Shown here: positions 9,453-16,069 of the stretch, one piece after another
How the letters are laid out: every line of letters begins with the position of its first letter
How positions within the stretch are numbered: the first letter of the stretch is position 1
NCBI GenBank assembly: GCA_037444665.1
Contig: JBBILZ010000054.1
Location: 1-16,069 of the forward strand
Length of the DNA: 16,069 nt
From: a candidate division WOR-3 bacterium
GTDB taxonomy: Bacteria; Hydrothermota; Tepidihabitantia; SM23-42; JAOAFX01
Direction of reading: 5' to 3'
Notes under the pieces: model-generated
Told to the model about the DNA's origin: nothing
What the model saw: only the letters and a program-made list of their open reading frames with translations
Database searches by the model: none
Translations under genes and position numbers: made by a program

Positions 9453-10489
9453 TATTTCAATCTCCCAATTTTACTGTAACAATGATCTAACAAAATTTCT
9501 TGTATTTGATTTATTTTAATAGAAAGCAACTTGAGTAACGATATACGAAACTCGATAAGCGTTTTCAACTGGGAAAAACTAAGTTTCCTCCATTGATGAG
9601 GTTCAAAGCCATAGGTGTCAGCTAATTGAATCCAGTAATACAGAGGTAGCATGTAGTTGATCTCAATGTATGATAAATCGCTAAACTCTAAATATCCCGA
9701 AAGAAATTGGGTAATTTTATATTCCAATCTGCTTATCTGGCTGGGTGTATATATAGTATAAAACATCGCCCTCAATAATTCATATGCTTTAAAAAAACGA
9801 CAACTCTGTTCATAATCTATGAGTGCTACTATTTTGTGATTTTCATTAAACAGGAGATTATCTATATAAAAATCTCCATGGATCACTTGCCTCGGGATAT
9901 ATTTGAATTGCACAAGATGAATTTTTGGAAAATGTGCGAGTTTTGTATATTTATATATTAACGATTCTATACAAAATGCATTCATAGTGCTCTTTTCGTG
10001 AAACTTAATTAAAGATTTAATTCTTTCTTCTGGAGAATATCTTAAAAATAGTTTCTGCGCATATCTATTATCCGATACAAAGTTCTGATATGAGGCATGG
10101 ATCCGACCTAAAAATGCGCCTAAGTTGTAGTATATTTGATTCCCCAAATCGGTGATAGAATAAGTCTGTCCTTCTACATATTCGTATATTATCGCATAGA
10201 GACCATTAGAAGTGCAGCAGAACAGTTCTCCAGATGTATTGCGATAAATTAACGGAGCGCAGTTAAGGCTTTGTGCTATAAAGTTTTGACTTTCTGCAAT
10301 GAATCTAACTCGACCGGCAGACAGTTTTGTGTTAAACAACTTGATAATATATTTTTTCTCATCTGTATTAATCACCCAGTTACTAGTAGAATATCCTTTA
10401 AGAATTCTATCTATTCTGCATGGAGGATGTATATTAGGATAATATTTAAGGACATTTAATACATCCTTTATATCGCAAGTTTTTCGCAT
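9452..10489 (-). CDS. Aminoglycoside phosphotransferase / type II homoserine kinase-like kinase
   Basis: GYSTSNW..YIIK N-lobe, catalytic IHGDFYIDNLLF and Mg-binding LIDYE motifs. Confidence 0.85.
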   Translation of the reverse strand: MRKTCDIKDVLNVLKYYPNIHPPCRIDRILKGYSTSNWVINTDEKKYIIKLFNTKLSAGRVRFIAESQNFIAQSLNCAPLIYRNTSGELFCCTSNGLYAIIYEYVEGQTYSITDLGNQIYYNLGAFLGRIHASYQNFVSDNRYAQKLFLRYSPEERIKSLIKFHEKSTMNAFCIESLIYKYTKLAHFPKIHLVQFKYIPRQVIHGDFYIDNLLFNENHKIVALIDYEQSCRFFKAYELLRAMFYTIYTPSQISRLEYKITQFLSGYLEFSDLSYIEINYMLPLYYWIQLADTYGFEPHQWRKLSFSQLKTLIEFRISLLKLLSIKINQIQEILLDHCYSKIGRLK

Positions 10490-10499
10490 AATACTTATT

Positions 10500-11684
10500 T
10501 TAATCTTGCAACCTTAGATATTCTATCGTCTCACGGATTGCGTTGATAACATACATATTATCAGACTTTGACATAAGAGGATGTAAAGACGGACAAAACA
10601 GTCTTTGGCCGATTTCTTCCGATAAAGGCAACCATTGCCCTGCTGTATATTTTCTGATTAATTGATTACTTTTGTAAGTTGGCGGGTTTGCTATTACACA
10701 TCCTACTCCATATCTCGTTTCTAATATCTTAATTAATCTATTTCGTTTCTCACCCCTCCATTCAGGAGGGACTAAAACAGTGTATAAATAATACACATGC
10801 TTATAACCAGAAGGCTCAAATGGCAAAGTTAGTTCTGGTATATCTTTTAGTAACCTTGTCCTTTGTCGTGCCAATTTTATTCTCCGTAGATTCATCTCGT
10901 CCAATCGCCGTAATTGGACTAGCCCTACAGATGCCTGCACTTTTGTCATTAAATAATTACTACCCCAACCTTTTCCTTGTCCAAATGCACGAAACTTGCG
11001 TATTTTGGTGTTCACCTTTGGGTCGTCAGTAGTAATCATACCACCCTCACCTAAGGTACACATTAATTTCTTACTGTGGAAGCTGAATACATTCATCCAA
11101 CCCTTTTTTCCCACTTTTGTTCCCTTATAGGTTGCACCACAGGCACGGGCTGCATCCCCGATGACCTTTAACGGACCATGTTTTCGATGCGGATATTCAG
11201 CAGCAATTTGCAACAAAACATCCATATCCGCTGAAAGTCCGTTCATATGCGTTGCAAGAATGGCGCGCGTCTTTGGTGTAATTCTTCTTACTACATCATC
11301 CGGTTCAATATTGAAAGTGCGAGGGTTAGGTTCACACAAAACCAGCTTTGCACCTTGACCAATAATAGCTAAATGTGTCCCGGGAAAGTTAATGGCACAA
11401 GAAATTACTTCATCACCAGGCTCAAGTTTCAAACATTTCATACTCATATCTAACCCAGGGCCTGCTCCACTTATAGCAATAGCATACTTTACGCCTATAT
11501 ATTCACTAAATGCCTCCTCAAATTCCTCTATTTCTCTACCTGTGCAAAAACCTACATTCCAATCCATCGAATCCCGTATCGCTTTTATCGCTGCTTCGAT
11601 TTCTTCCTCCGTATACCACGCCCCCAGCGGAGGTTCACCTTTCCAAATAAATCTGGCCCCTCTTTTATTCATTAACACAAACAT
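10500..11684 (-). CDS. DegT/DnrJ/EryC1/StrS PLP-dependent (sugar) aminotransferase
   Basis: EFEEAFSEYIGVKYAIA, PGDEVI, ITPKTRAILATHMNG, GDAARACGA, FSFHSKKLMCTLGEGGMITT (PLP lysine region). Confidence 0.92.
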   Translation of the reverse strand: MFVLMNKRGARFIWKGEPPLGAWYTEEEIEAAIKAIRDSMDWNVGFCTGREIEEFEEAFSEYIGVKYAIAISGAGPGLDMSMKCLKLEPGDEVISCAINFPGTHLAIIGQGAKLVLCEPNPRTFNIEPDDVVRRITPKTRAILATHMNGLSADMDVLLQIAAEYPHRKHGPLKVIGDAARACGATYKGTKVGKKGWMNVFSFHSKKLMCTLGEGGMITTDDPKVNTKIRKFRAFGQGKGWGSNYLMTKVQASVGLVQLRRLDEMNLRRIKLARQRTRLLKDIPELTLPFEPSGYKHVYYLYTVLVPPEWRGEKRNRLIKILETRYGVGCVIANPPTYKSNQLIRKYTAGQWLPLSEEIGQRLFCPSLHPLMSKSDNMYVINAIRETIEYLRLQD

Positions 11685-11708
11685 AATTCATAATGTGCTT
11701 CATAAAAC

Positions 11709-12650
11709 TTATAGCTCCTTGTTTTCTTTAAGCAGCTGAATCATCTGAGGATTCGTTAGATATATATGTGCCGGATAAATCAAGGTACCGAACTCTCTTT
11801 TGAATTGCTTAATCCCGTTAGATTTACCTGACAATCCCAAATCACACCACCTAAATTTATTTTTCTTCGCATTTTTAATAATGTAGAAATGTAATAAATG
11901 AGAAGCACAATAAGATCGATATTGTGATAATATCGCAGACAACCAAAAATGGACATGTTTATTATGATAAAAACAGACCTGACCAGCAATCATAATATTG
12001 TTTAAATAAACAACCCAGAGTTTTATATTATGAAAACGTTTAGAAAATAAAATTTCAAAGAACTTGGGTAAATATATAGTTTTAGGACATTGCCACCTTT
12101 TTACTGTATCCATATAAACATTGTAAAATGTTTGCCATTCTTCAATTTGGTCTGCTATTTTAATCTTAAAACCAATGTCCAATGCTTTTTTAAGACTTTT
12201 TTTATGTCCTTTGCTCCAATTAACAGTAAAATCTGTGTTTGTTTTTTCAAGGTCTATCATTTGTGTATAATCTAATTTTGACCATAAAAAGTATTTACAT
12301 TGATCGGGAGCAAGTGGATTACTTCTAAATCGCATAAAAGGGTATCGCTTAATAAAAAAGTCTGTAAAATCTCTTAAGTAACAATCAGGGATGGTAGTAT
12401 CTATTATGAAACCGCCATATCCTTTATATGTGAACCAATGAAATGTCTGCTCGTTCATCCTATAATATGAATATGGAATCAATACCTGGAAGTTATCATC
12501 TAGAATAAATCTTTCGCAGGCATAACTTAAACCTTTATATTCTTCCCAAATTTCAGCCCACAAAGGGGTGTGAAAAAAAGTTGATATGTCAGAAGAATTG
12601 ACATAGTTCATCCACTCTTCATTGGAAACTACCCTATGTTCTATTCGCAT
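11709..12650 (-). CDS. GNAT-fold protein, FemAB/Acetyltransf_6-like
   Basis: TFFHTPLW N-terminus, TQMIDL, SKGHKKSLKKA, HLLHFYII..A......DLG..S...GIKQFKREFG C-terminal pattern. Confidence 0.8.
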   Translation of the reverse strand: MRIEHRVVSNEEWMNYVNSSDISTFFHTPLWAEIWEEYKGLSYACERFILDDNFQVLIPYSYYRMNEQTFHWFTYKGYGGFIIDTTIPDCYLRDFTDFFIKRYPFMRFRSNPLAPDQCKYFLWSKLDYTQMIDLEKTNTDFTVNWSKGHKKSLKKALDIGFKIKIADQIEEWQTFYNVYMDTVKRWQCPKTIYLPKFFEILFSKRFHNIKLWVVYLNNIMIAGQVCFYHNKHVHFWLSAILSQYRSYCASHLLHFYIIKNAKKNKFRWCDLGLSGKSNGIKQFKREFGTLIYPAHIYLTNPQMIQLLKENKEL

Positions 12651-12884
12651 TTTGTTTTATTAAACATAAATACAATGAAATTGGTAAAACACCGCGTAAT
12701 GTTGGATATTGTAGCATTTAGCTTGTTAGTAATGTAGAAATTACTATTTTTTTTATGCATAGTATTGATTCCATATTCAGCTAGATTATTAGATAATGAG
12801 TTAATGGACAAGTTACTATATCTTGAATAAATAGGTCTCATCATTTAACCACCAAACTCCTGATTTAATGTCACCAATGAAGGT

Positions 12885-13370
12885 CTATGAAATTTTTCCA
12901 CGAGTTTTTTTCCTAATTCTGTAATCTAATTCCCATAATGCAGTTTTATTACTATTCCAATATAAGAGATTTTTAGCAGCACTATAATCTAACCACTTAT
13001 ATTCTATATGTTCGTCAGACAATTGTAGTTGTTCACCTTCAACCCTCACTCCAAAACAGTATTCAGGAATGACTAAAACATTTTCTCCCCACAGGAAGCC
13101 GCAAACATCTATCACCGGAATCATTGCACAAGAGTCGAGTCTAATATATTCGCTAGTTGGCGGTATCCCGGCCTCCTCAAGAGCCTCACGCTGAGCAGCT
13201 TCTAAAGGAGATTCAAATTCTTCTCCCCCTCCTGCAATTCCTTGCCAAAAACCGCCGGTTGATGCTTTACGCTTAAAAATTGCATATAGCACTTTTTTAT
13301 TACTCTGAATTCTATAGGGAAAAACTAAAACCTGAAAAGGGGCTCTATTCTTTTTTCCAGAATTTGGCAA
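12885..13370 (-). CDS. NUDIX hydrolase (NudB/dATP pyrophosphohydrolase-like)
   Basis: Nudix box GGGEEFESPLEAAQREALEEAGI preceded by FWQGIA, with LSDEHIEYKWL downstream. GGAGGTG RBS before the TTG start. Confidence 0.92.
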   Translation of the reverse strand: MPNSGKKNRAPFQVLVFPYRIQSNKKVLYAIFKRKASTGGFWQGIAGGGEEFESPLEAAQREALEEAGIPPTSEYIRLDSCAMIPVIDVCGFLWGENVLVIPEYCFGVRVEGEQLQLSDEHIEYKWLDYSAAKNLLYWNSNKTALWELDYRIRKKTRGKIS

Positions 13371-13386
13371 TTTTCACCTCCAAGTT

Positions 13387-13414
13387 ATTATATATACTAT
13401 ATCAGTAATTTCAA
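13387..13414 (-). promoter_or_regulatory. Internal sigma70-type promoter upstream of the NUDIX gene
   Basis: TTGAAA (13414-13409), 16-nt spacer, TATAAT (13392-13387), immediately upstream of the RBS. Confidence 0.55.
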
Positions 13415-13491
13415 GTATTTTAAATGAAAGTAAACATCCTTTTACGGTAATGATATGGCTGCAAGTAATTACTACGCGATATTTATTATTC

Positions 13492-14757
13492 TTATCCACA
13501 AGGGACATTTATCTTTTCTATATAGGATTGGATCTCACTTATATTTTTTGACAAATACGCCATTTTGACAACGTTTAACAACCGGTTTGCGCGATTCTTG
13601 AAGGGATCGCAAACAGGAGGACAGCAATGAAAAATTCTATTGTTTATTTCGCGTCTTTTTACTCCTTCCCAAATTTCTCTGAAGGATCTATTTACAGTAC
13701 TACCATACGCGAAACCGTTGCGTCGCGGATGGTAATAATTACAAGGGTACAAATTCCCATCAGACGCCACAGTGGCCATCAAATTAACCATAATACACTC
13801 TGAAAACTGCCGCACCATTTCGTGCATATCCTGGAGTGGGTGAATCAAAATGAGCTTAAAGTAACTATCCTCTAACTCATGTTTTATCTTATCTAATAAT
13901 CGCTGAGCCTCATTCTTCTGCTGATCATTTAACAAATGTTTCATTGAGATATCCTGTTTTATACGAAAAAATCTACAACCAAGATTTTTTAAAATCACCG
14001 CTGCATTATAAACTTCAAGATAATTTGTTGGGTACAACACAAAGGAGGCATTAATTTCACAATTTGCCCCCGGTGTTTTGTTTTTCATTCTTTCCAGGTT
14101 TTTTATGTTTTTTATGACTTTATTAAATCTCGTTATATCATTATCACCGCTTCCACACTTTAAACGACTATATGATTTAGCCGTAGATGTGTCGAAACTA
14201 ATATTTACATAAGCACACTTAACAATTGTTGGTAAAGTAGATTCATCCATGAGCTCAGCATTTGTATATATACCTGTTCTTATACCCTTTGCAACTAACA
14301 ATTGCATGGCTGAAATGACCGATGCCTTAGCAACCAGCGGCTCACCGGTTAATCCCGAAAATGTAACATTCTCAATCTTGAATTCCAATTCTCTTTCTGC
14401 ACCATCTACTTTAAATCTATAACGTTTTTTGTAGTCTATTATTTCTTTTATTATTTTTTCCATAATTCTTGGAGCACGCAACCTGTCCTGCAGCTTATTG
14501 TGTGAAAGCTTCGATGAGTTGGTGATAAACCGTATGTTTTTATTCTTTTCTATTTTTGCTACTTGTGTTCCAATACACCATATACACCGTAAATTACATT
14601 TAGAGGACGGTTGAATAATTACTTCGTAAGGTGGCACAATGTTTCCCTGAAATGAGCAAAGAATACGATACCGTTCCCTTTTTAACATATCTAGCTCATT
14701 AAATCGGCCGGGTATATCGGTACGAATATACTTCATTAAAAAATCTTTTGTTAACAT
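13492..14757 (-). CDS. Radical SAM enzyme with C-terminal SPASM/twitch domain
   Basis: CNLRCIWC (CxxxCxxC), SGLTGEPL, YTNA, NISFD. C-terminal C......ATVASDGNLYPCN...YGST...SFREIW...CCPPVC. Confidence 0.92.
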   Translation of the reverse strand: MLTKDFLMKYIRTDIPGRFNELDMLKRERYRILCSFQGNIVPPYEVIIQPSSKCNLRCIWCIGTQVAKIEKNKNIRFITNSSKLSHNKLQDRLRAPRIMEKIIKEIIDYKKRYRFKVDGAERELEFKIENVTFSGLTGEPLVAKASVISAMQLLVAKGIRTGIYTNAELMDESTLPTIVKCAYVNISFDTSTAKSYSRLKCGSGDNDITRFNKVIKNIKNLERMKNKTPGANCEINASFVLYPTNYLEVYNAAVILKNLGCRFFRIKQDISMKHLLNDQQKNEAQRLLDKIKHELEDSYFKLILIHPLQDMHEMVRQFSECIMVNLMATVASDGNLYPCNYYHPRRNGFAYGSTVNRSFREIWEGVKRREINNRIFHCCPPVCDPFKNRANRLLNVVKMAYLSKNISEIQSYIEKINVPCG

Positions 14758-14813
14758 CTTGCCTCTATTTCGGACGACCTTTCATAATTTTTCTATTCGG
14801 TTAAAAATTCTGT

Positions 14814-14853
14814 AGTAGTGGTGTAAGTCTGTGTTTAAACTTACACCACTACT
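14814..14853 (-). terminator. 15-bp perfect stem-loop between the small ORF and the radical SAM gene (attenuator or mRNA-stabilising hairpin)
   Basis: AGTAGTGGTGTAAGT (14814-14828), 10-nt loop, ACTTACACCACTACT (14839-14853). No U-tract immediately follows on the minus strand, so it is not a canonical intrinsic terminator. Confidence 0.6.
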
Positions 14854-14914
14854 TGTGATTACACTACTTTTTGACTTATTTATGTTGCTGGCATCTAATT
14901 GGCGTCGCAGTATA

Positions 14915-15028
14915 TTAGGCTATACCACTGATACCAGCCCCACCAGCTATTATTATCTTTTTTTGGTCGTCCACTTCTTTACAAATCTCGACCAATAATT
15001 TTAATGTATGTTGCAGCCATGCTTTCAT
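14915..15028 (-). CDS. 37-aa small peptide, candidate RiPP precursor (MKAWLQHTLKLLVEICKEVDDQKKIIIAGGAGISGIA)
   Basis: Translated by hand; not in the ORF track. GGAGGT RBS 5 nt before the ATG, first gene ahead of the tailoring enzymes, GG motif at residues 29-30, followed by a stem-loop. Confidence 0.7.
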   Translation of the reverse strand: MKAWLQHTLKLLVEICKEVDDQKKIIIAGGAGISGIA

Positions 15029-15236
15029 TTAAAACCTCCATTTTTCTAACAAAAAAGTGGTTCAGGGTTATGTTTTGACACGTACGCTCATTCCTCCGGC
15101 CCCCGAGGATTACGACTTTTTTTGAAGGACCCTTCTCGCTGTGGATTTTAACAGGCAGTTTGTTTGCGTTACCGGCATCTCTGCCATACAACCAATAACC
15201 ATGCCTGTCAAATCTACAGGGGTCAGGGCCGGAACA

Positions 15237-15362
15237 GTCTGGTCTATCTGGTTTCTCTGGTCTATTTAGTCTGTTTGGTTTATTTAGTCTATTTAGTTTC
15301 TCTCGTTTGTCTGGTCTGTTTAGTTTATCTGGTTTCTCTGGTTTATTTAGTTTTTCTGGTTT
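15237..15362. repeat. Degenerate 9-bp tandem repeat, 14 units
   Basis: Plus-strand units such as gtctggtct, atctggttt, ctctggtct, atttagtct in exact 9-bp phase. On the minus strand they read as (K/R)(P/L)(D/E/N) tripeptides. Confidence 0.9.
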
Positions 15363-15596
15363 CATAACTCCTCACCGCCTTCAATAGCCCTGCCATTTCC
15401 AATCCTTTTTCGCCTTCTTTCGCCATATTGAGCCTTTTTTGCCCATTTTCGCCTTTATATGTCTTTAAGTGCCTTCTCCAAATTAGACTGTCTGGTTTCA
15501 TAGGAAACTCCGTTTGAAAAAGCAGAAACTTTTTCTGGGTAGAGGTAGCAAAAAGGTTAGAAGTGGTGTTGGTACCGAAAATTCGCGCAGAATTAC

Positions 15597-15624
15597 GGTA
15601 GGTAGGTAGGTAGGTAGGTAGGTA
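15597..15624. repeat. Tetranucleotide microsatellite (GGTA)7
   Basis: Seven perfect GGTA units. Confidence 0.95.
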
Positions 15625-15657
15625 GTCGGACCGAAATATCCAATTCAAGCATACCTC

Positions 15658-15685
15658 ATTATATCCAATTTCCATTTCTTGTCAA
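15658..15685 (-). promoter_or_regulatory. Consensus sigma70-type promoter pointing into the cluster
   Basis: TTGACA (15685-15680), 16-nt spacer, TATAAT (15663-15658), with an ATG at 15652 near the expected +1. Confidence 0.7.
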
Positions 15686-15795
15686 GAGGCAAGTGCGATG
15701 CCTTACGGAGCCTTATTTTACAAGGGCCGGCGCAATTTTCAGAAATAAATTTGTCGTAGAAATTTGTAGCATATTTACAAAAATTTTTAGAAACG

Positions 15796-15966
15796 AACAA
15801 GATATTCAGGGGGATGCCCCCTGAAAACCCCCGCTGTATAACGAACACTCACTTTGTGCAAAACCAATCTCGAACCGTCCCTTCCTGAATATCTTGTTGC
15901 CGTTTATTTTCTATAATGAAAAATTTCATTATTTTCGTATAGGAATTTTTCAAATTCCTATACGAT
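15796..15966 (+). mobile_element. ~170-bp palindromic non-autonomous element, second full copy
   Basis: Module A (15796-15898) has 15-bp terminal inverted repeats AACAAGATATTCAGG/CCTGAATATCTTGTT and an inner hairpin TTCAGGGGG-atg-CCCCCTGAA. Module B (15912-15965) has two hairpins, including TCGTATAGGAATTT-ttc-AAATTCCTATACGA. Inverted copy of 2659-2830. Confidence 0.85.
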
Positions 15967-16069
15967 TAACCCGGATTATTCATACTATTTTTGGCTAAAT
16001 TCGCTCCGGTGCAGTCCCAGAGCGATTCCACAGCACTTTTCAGCAAGAAAAATTTTTGACACTCTGTTT

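Noticed and set aside
1146..12275. Short ORFs nested in or antisense to the long genes (e.g. 3461-3901, 3914-4198, 6171-6455, 11392-11739)
   Set aside because: Shadow frames of well-supported genes with no motifs of their own.
12641..12844. 67-aa ORF between NUDIX and GNAT as a second precursor
   Set aside because: Weak or distant RBS, Asn/Ile-rich composition typical of AT-rich non-coding DNA, no leader motif. Not fully excluded.
6887..14757. Ordinary LPS/O-antigen or capsule locus
   Set aside because: DegT and GNAT fit, but there are no glycosyltransferases, NDP-sugar epimerases/dehydratases, Wzx/Wzy or Wzm/Wzt in the window.
6887..15028. Lasso peptide cluster
   Set aside because: No asparagine-synthetase-like cyclase, transglutaminase-like B protein or PqqD, and the peptide lacks a lasso-type ring acceptor in the putative core.
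15164..15367. Plus-strand ORF with VYLVSL repeats
   Set aside because: A by-product of the 9-bp tandem repeat; no RBS, and opposite to the local gene orientation.
15645..15848. 67-aa ORF MFVIQRGFSGGIPLN...
   Set aside because: Starts inside the repeat element and runs across the promoter; no recognisable features.
138..15966. CRISPR array interpretation of the palindromic repeats
   Set aside because: Copies are dispersed and inverted, not regularly spaced direct repeats with unique spacers; no cas genes.
13..16047. Inverted match CTTGCTGAAAA near both window ends (13-23 and 16037-16047) as termini of one large element
   Set aside because: Only 11 bp of exact match, no cognate transposase, and flanks cannot be evaluated at the window edges.

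Overview
AT-rich bacterial accessory region, probably from a diderm organism (two outer-membrane beta-barrel-like genes). Essentially all real genes are on the minus strand. From right to left: a consensus sigma70-type promoter (15658-15685), a repeat-rich leader ((GGTA)7 microsatellite and a 14x9-bp tandem repeat), an unannotated 37-aa ORF with a strong RBS (14915-15028, MKAWLQHTLKLLVEICKEVDDQKKIIIAGG-AGISGIA) followed by a 15-bp stem-loop, then a radical SAM (SPASM/twitch-type) enzyme, a NUDIX hydrolase with its own promoter, a GNAT/FemAB-like transferase, a DegT/DnrJ PLP aminotransferase, an APH-like kinase, an HPr-kinase-like P-loop kinase, an NTP_transf_5-like nucleotidyltransferase, a CBM9/DUF5916-like outer-membrane protein, an ABC exporter with no peptidase domain, and a second CBM9/DUF5916-like gene. 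The best-supported hypothesis (inference) is a non-lasso RiPP-like cluster that decorates a single-Ser peptide with a phospho/nucleotidyl amino-sugar group; a peptide-independent aminosugar/nucleoside pathway is the alternative. Separately, a ~170-bp multi-hairpin non-coding element occurs as two near-identical inverted copies (2659-2830, 15796-15966) plus a split derivative (138-176 and 713-764) around a truncated IS630 transposase. One copy interrupts the last gene, and removing it restores a single reading frame.
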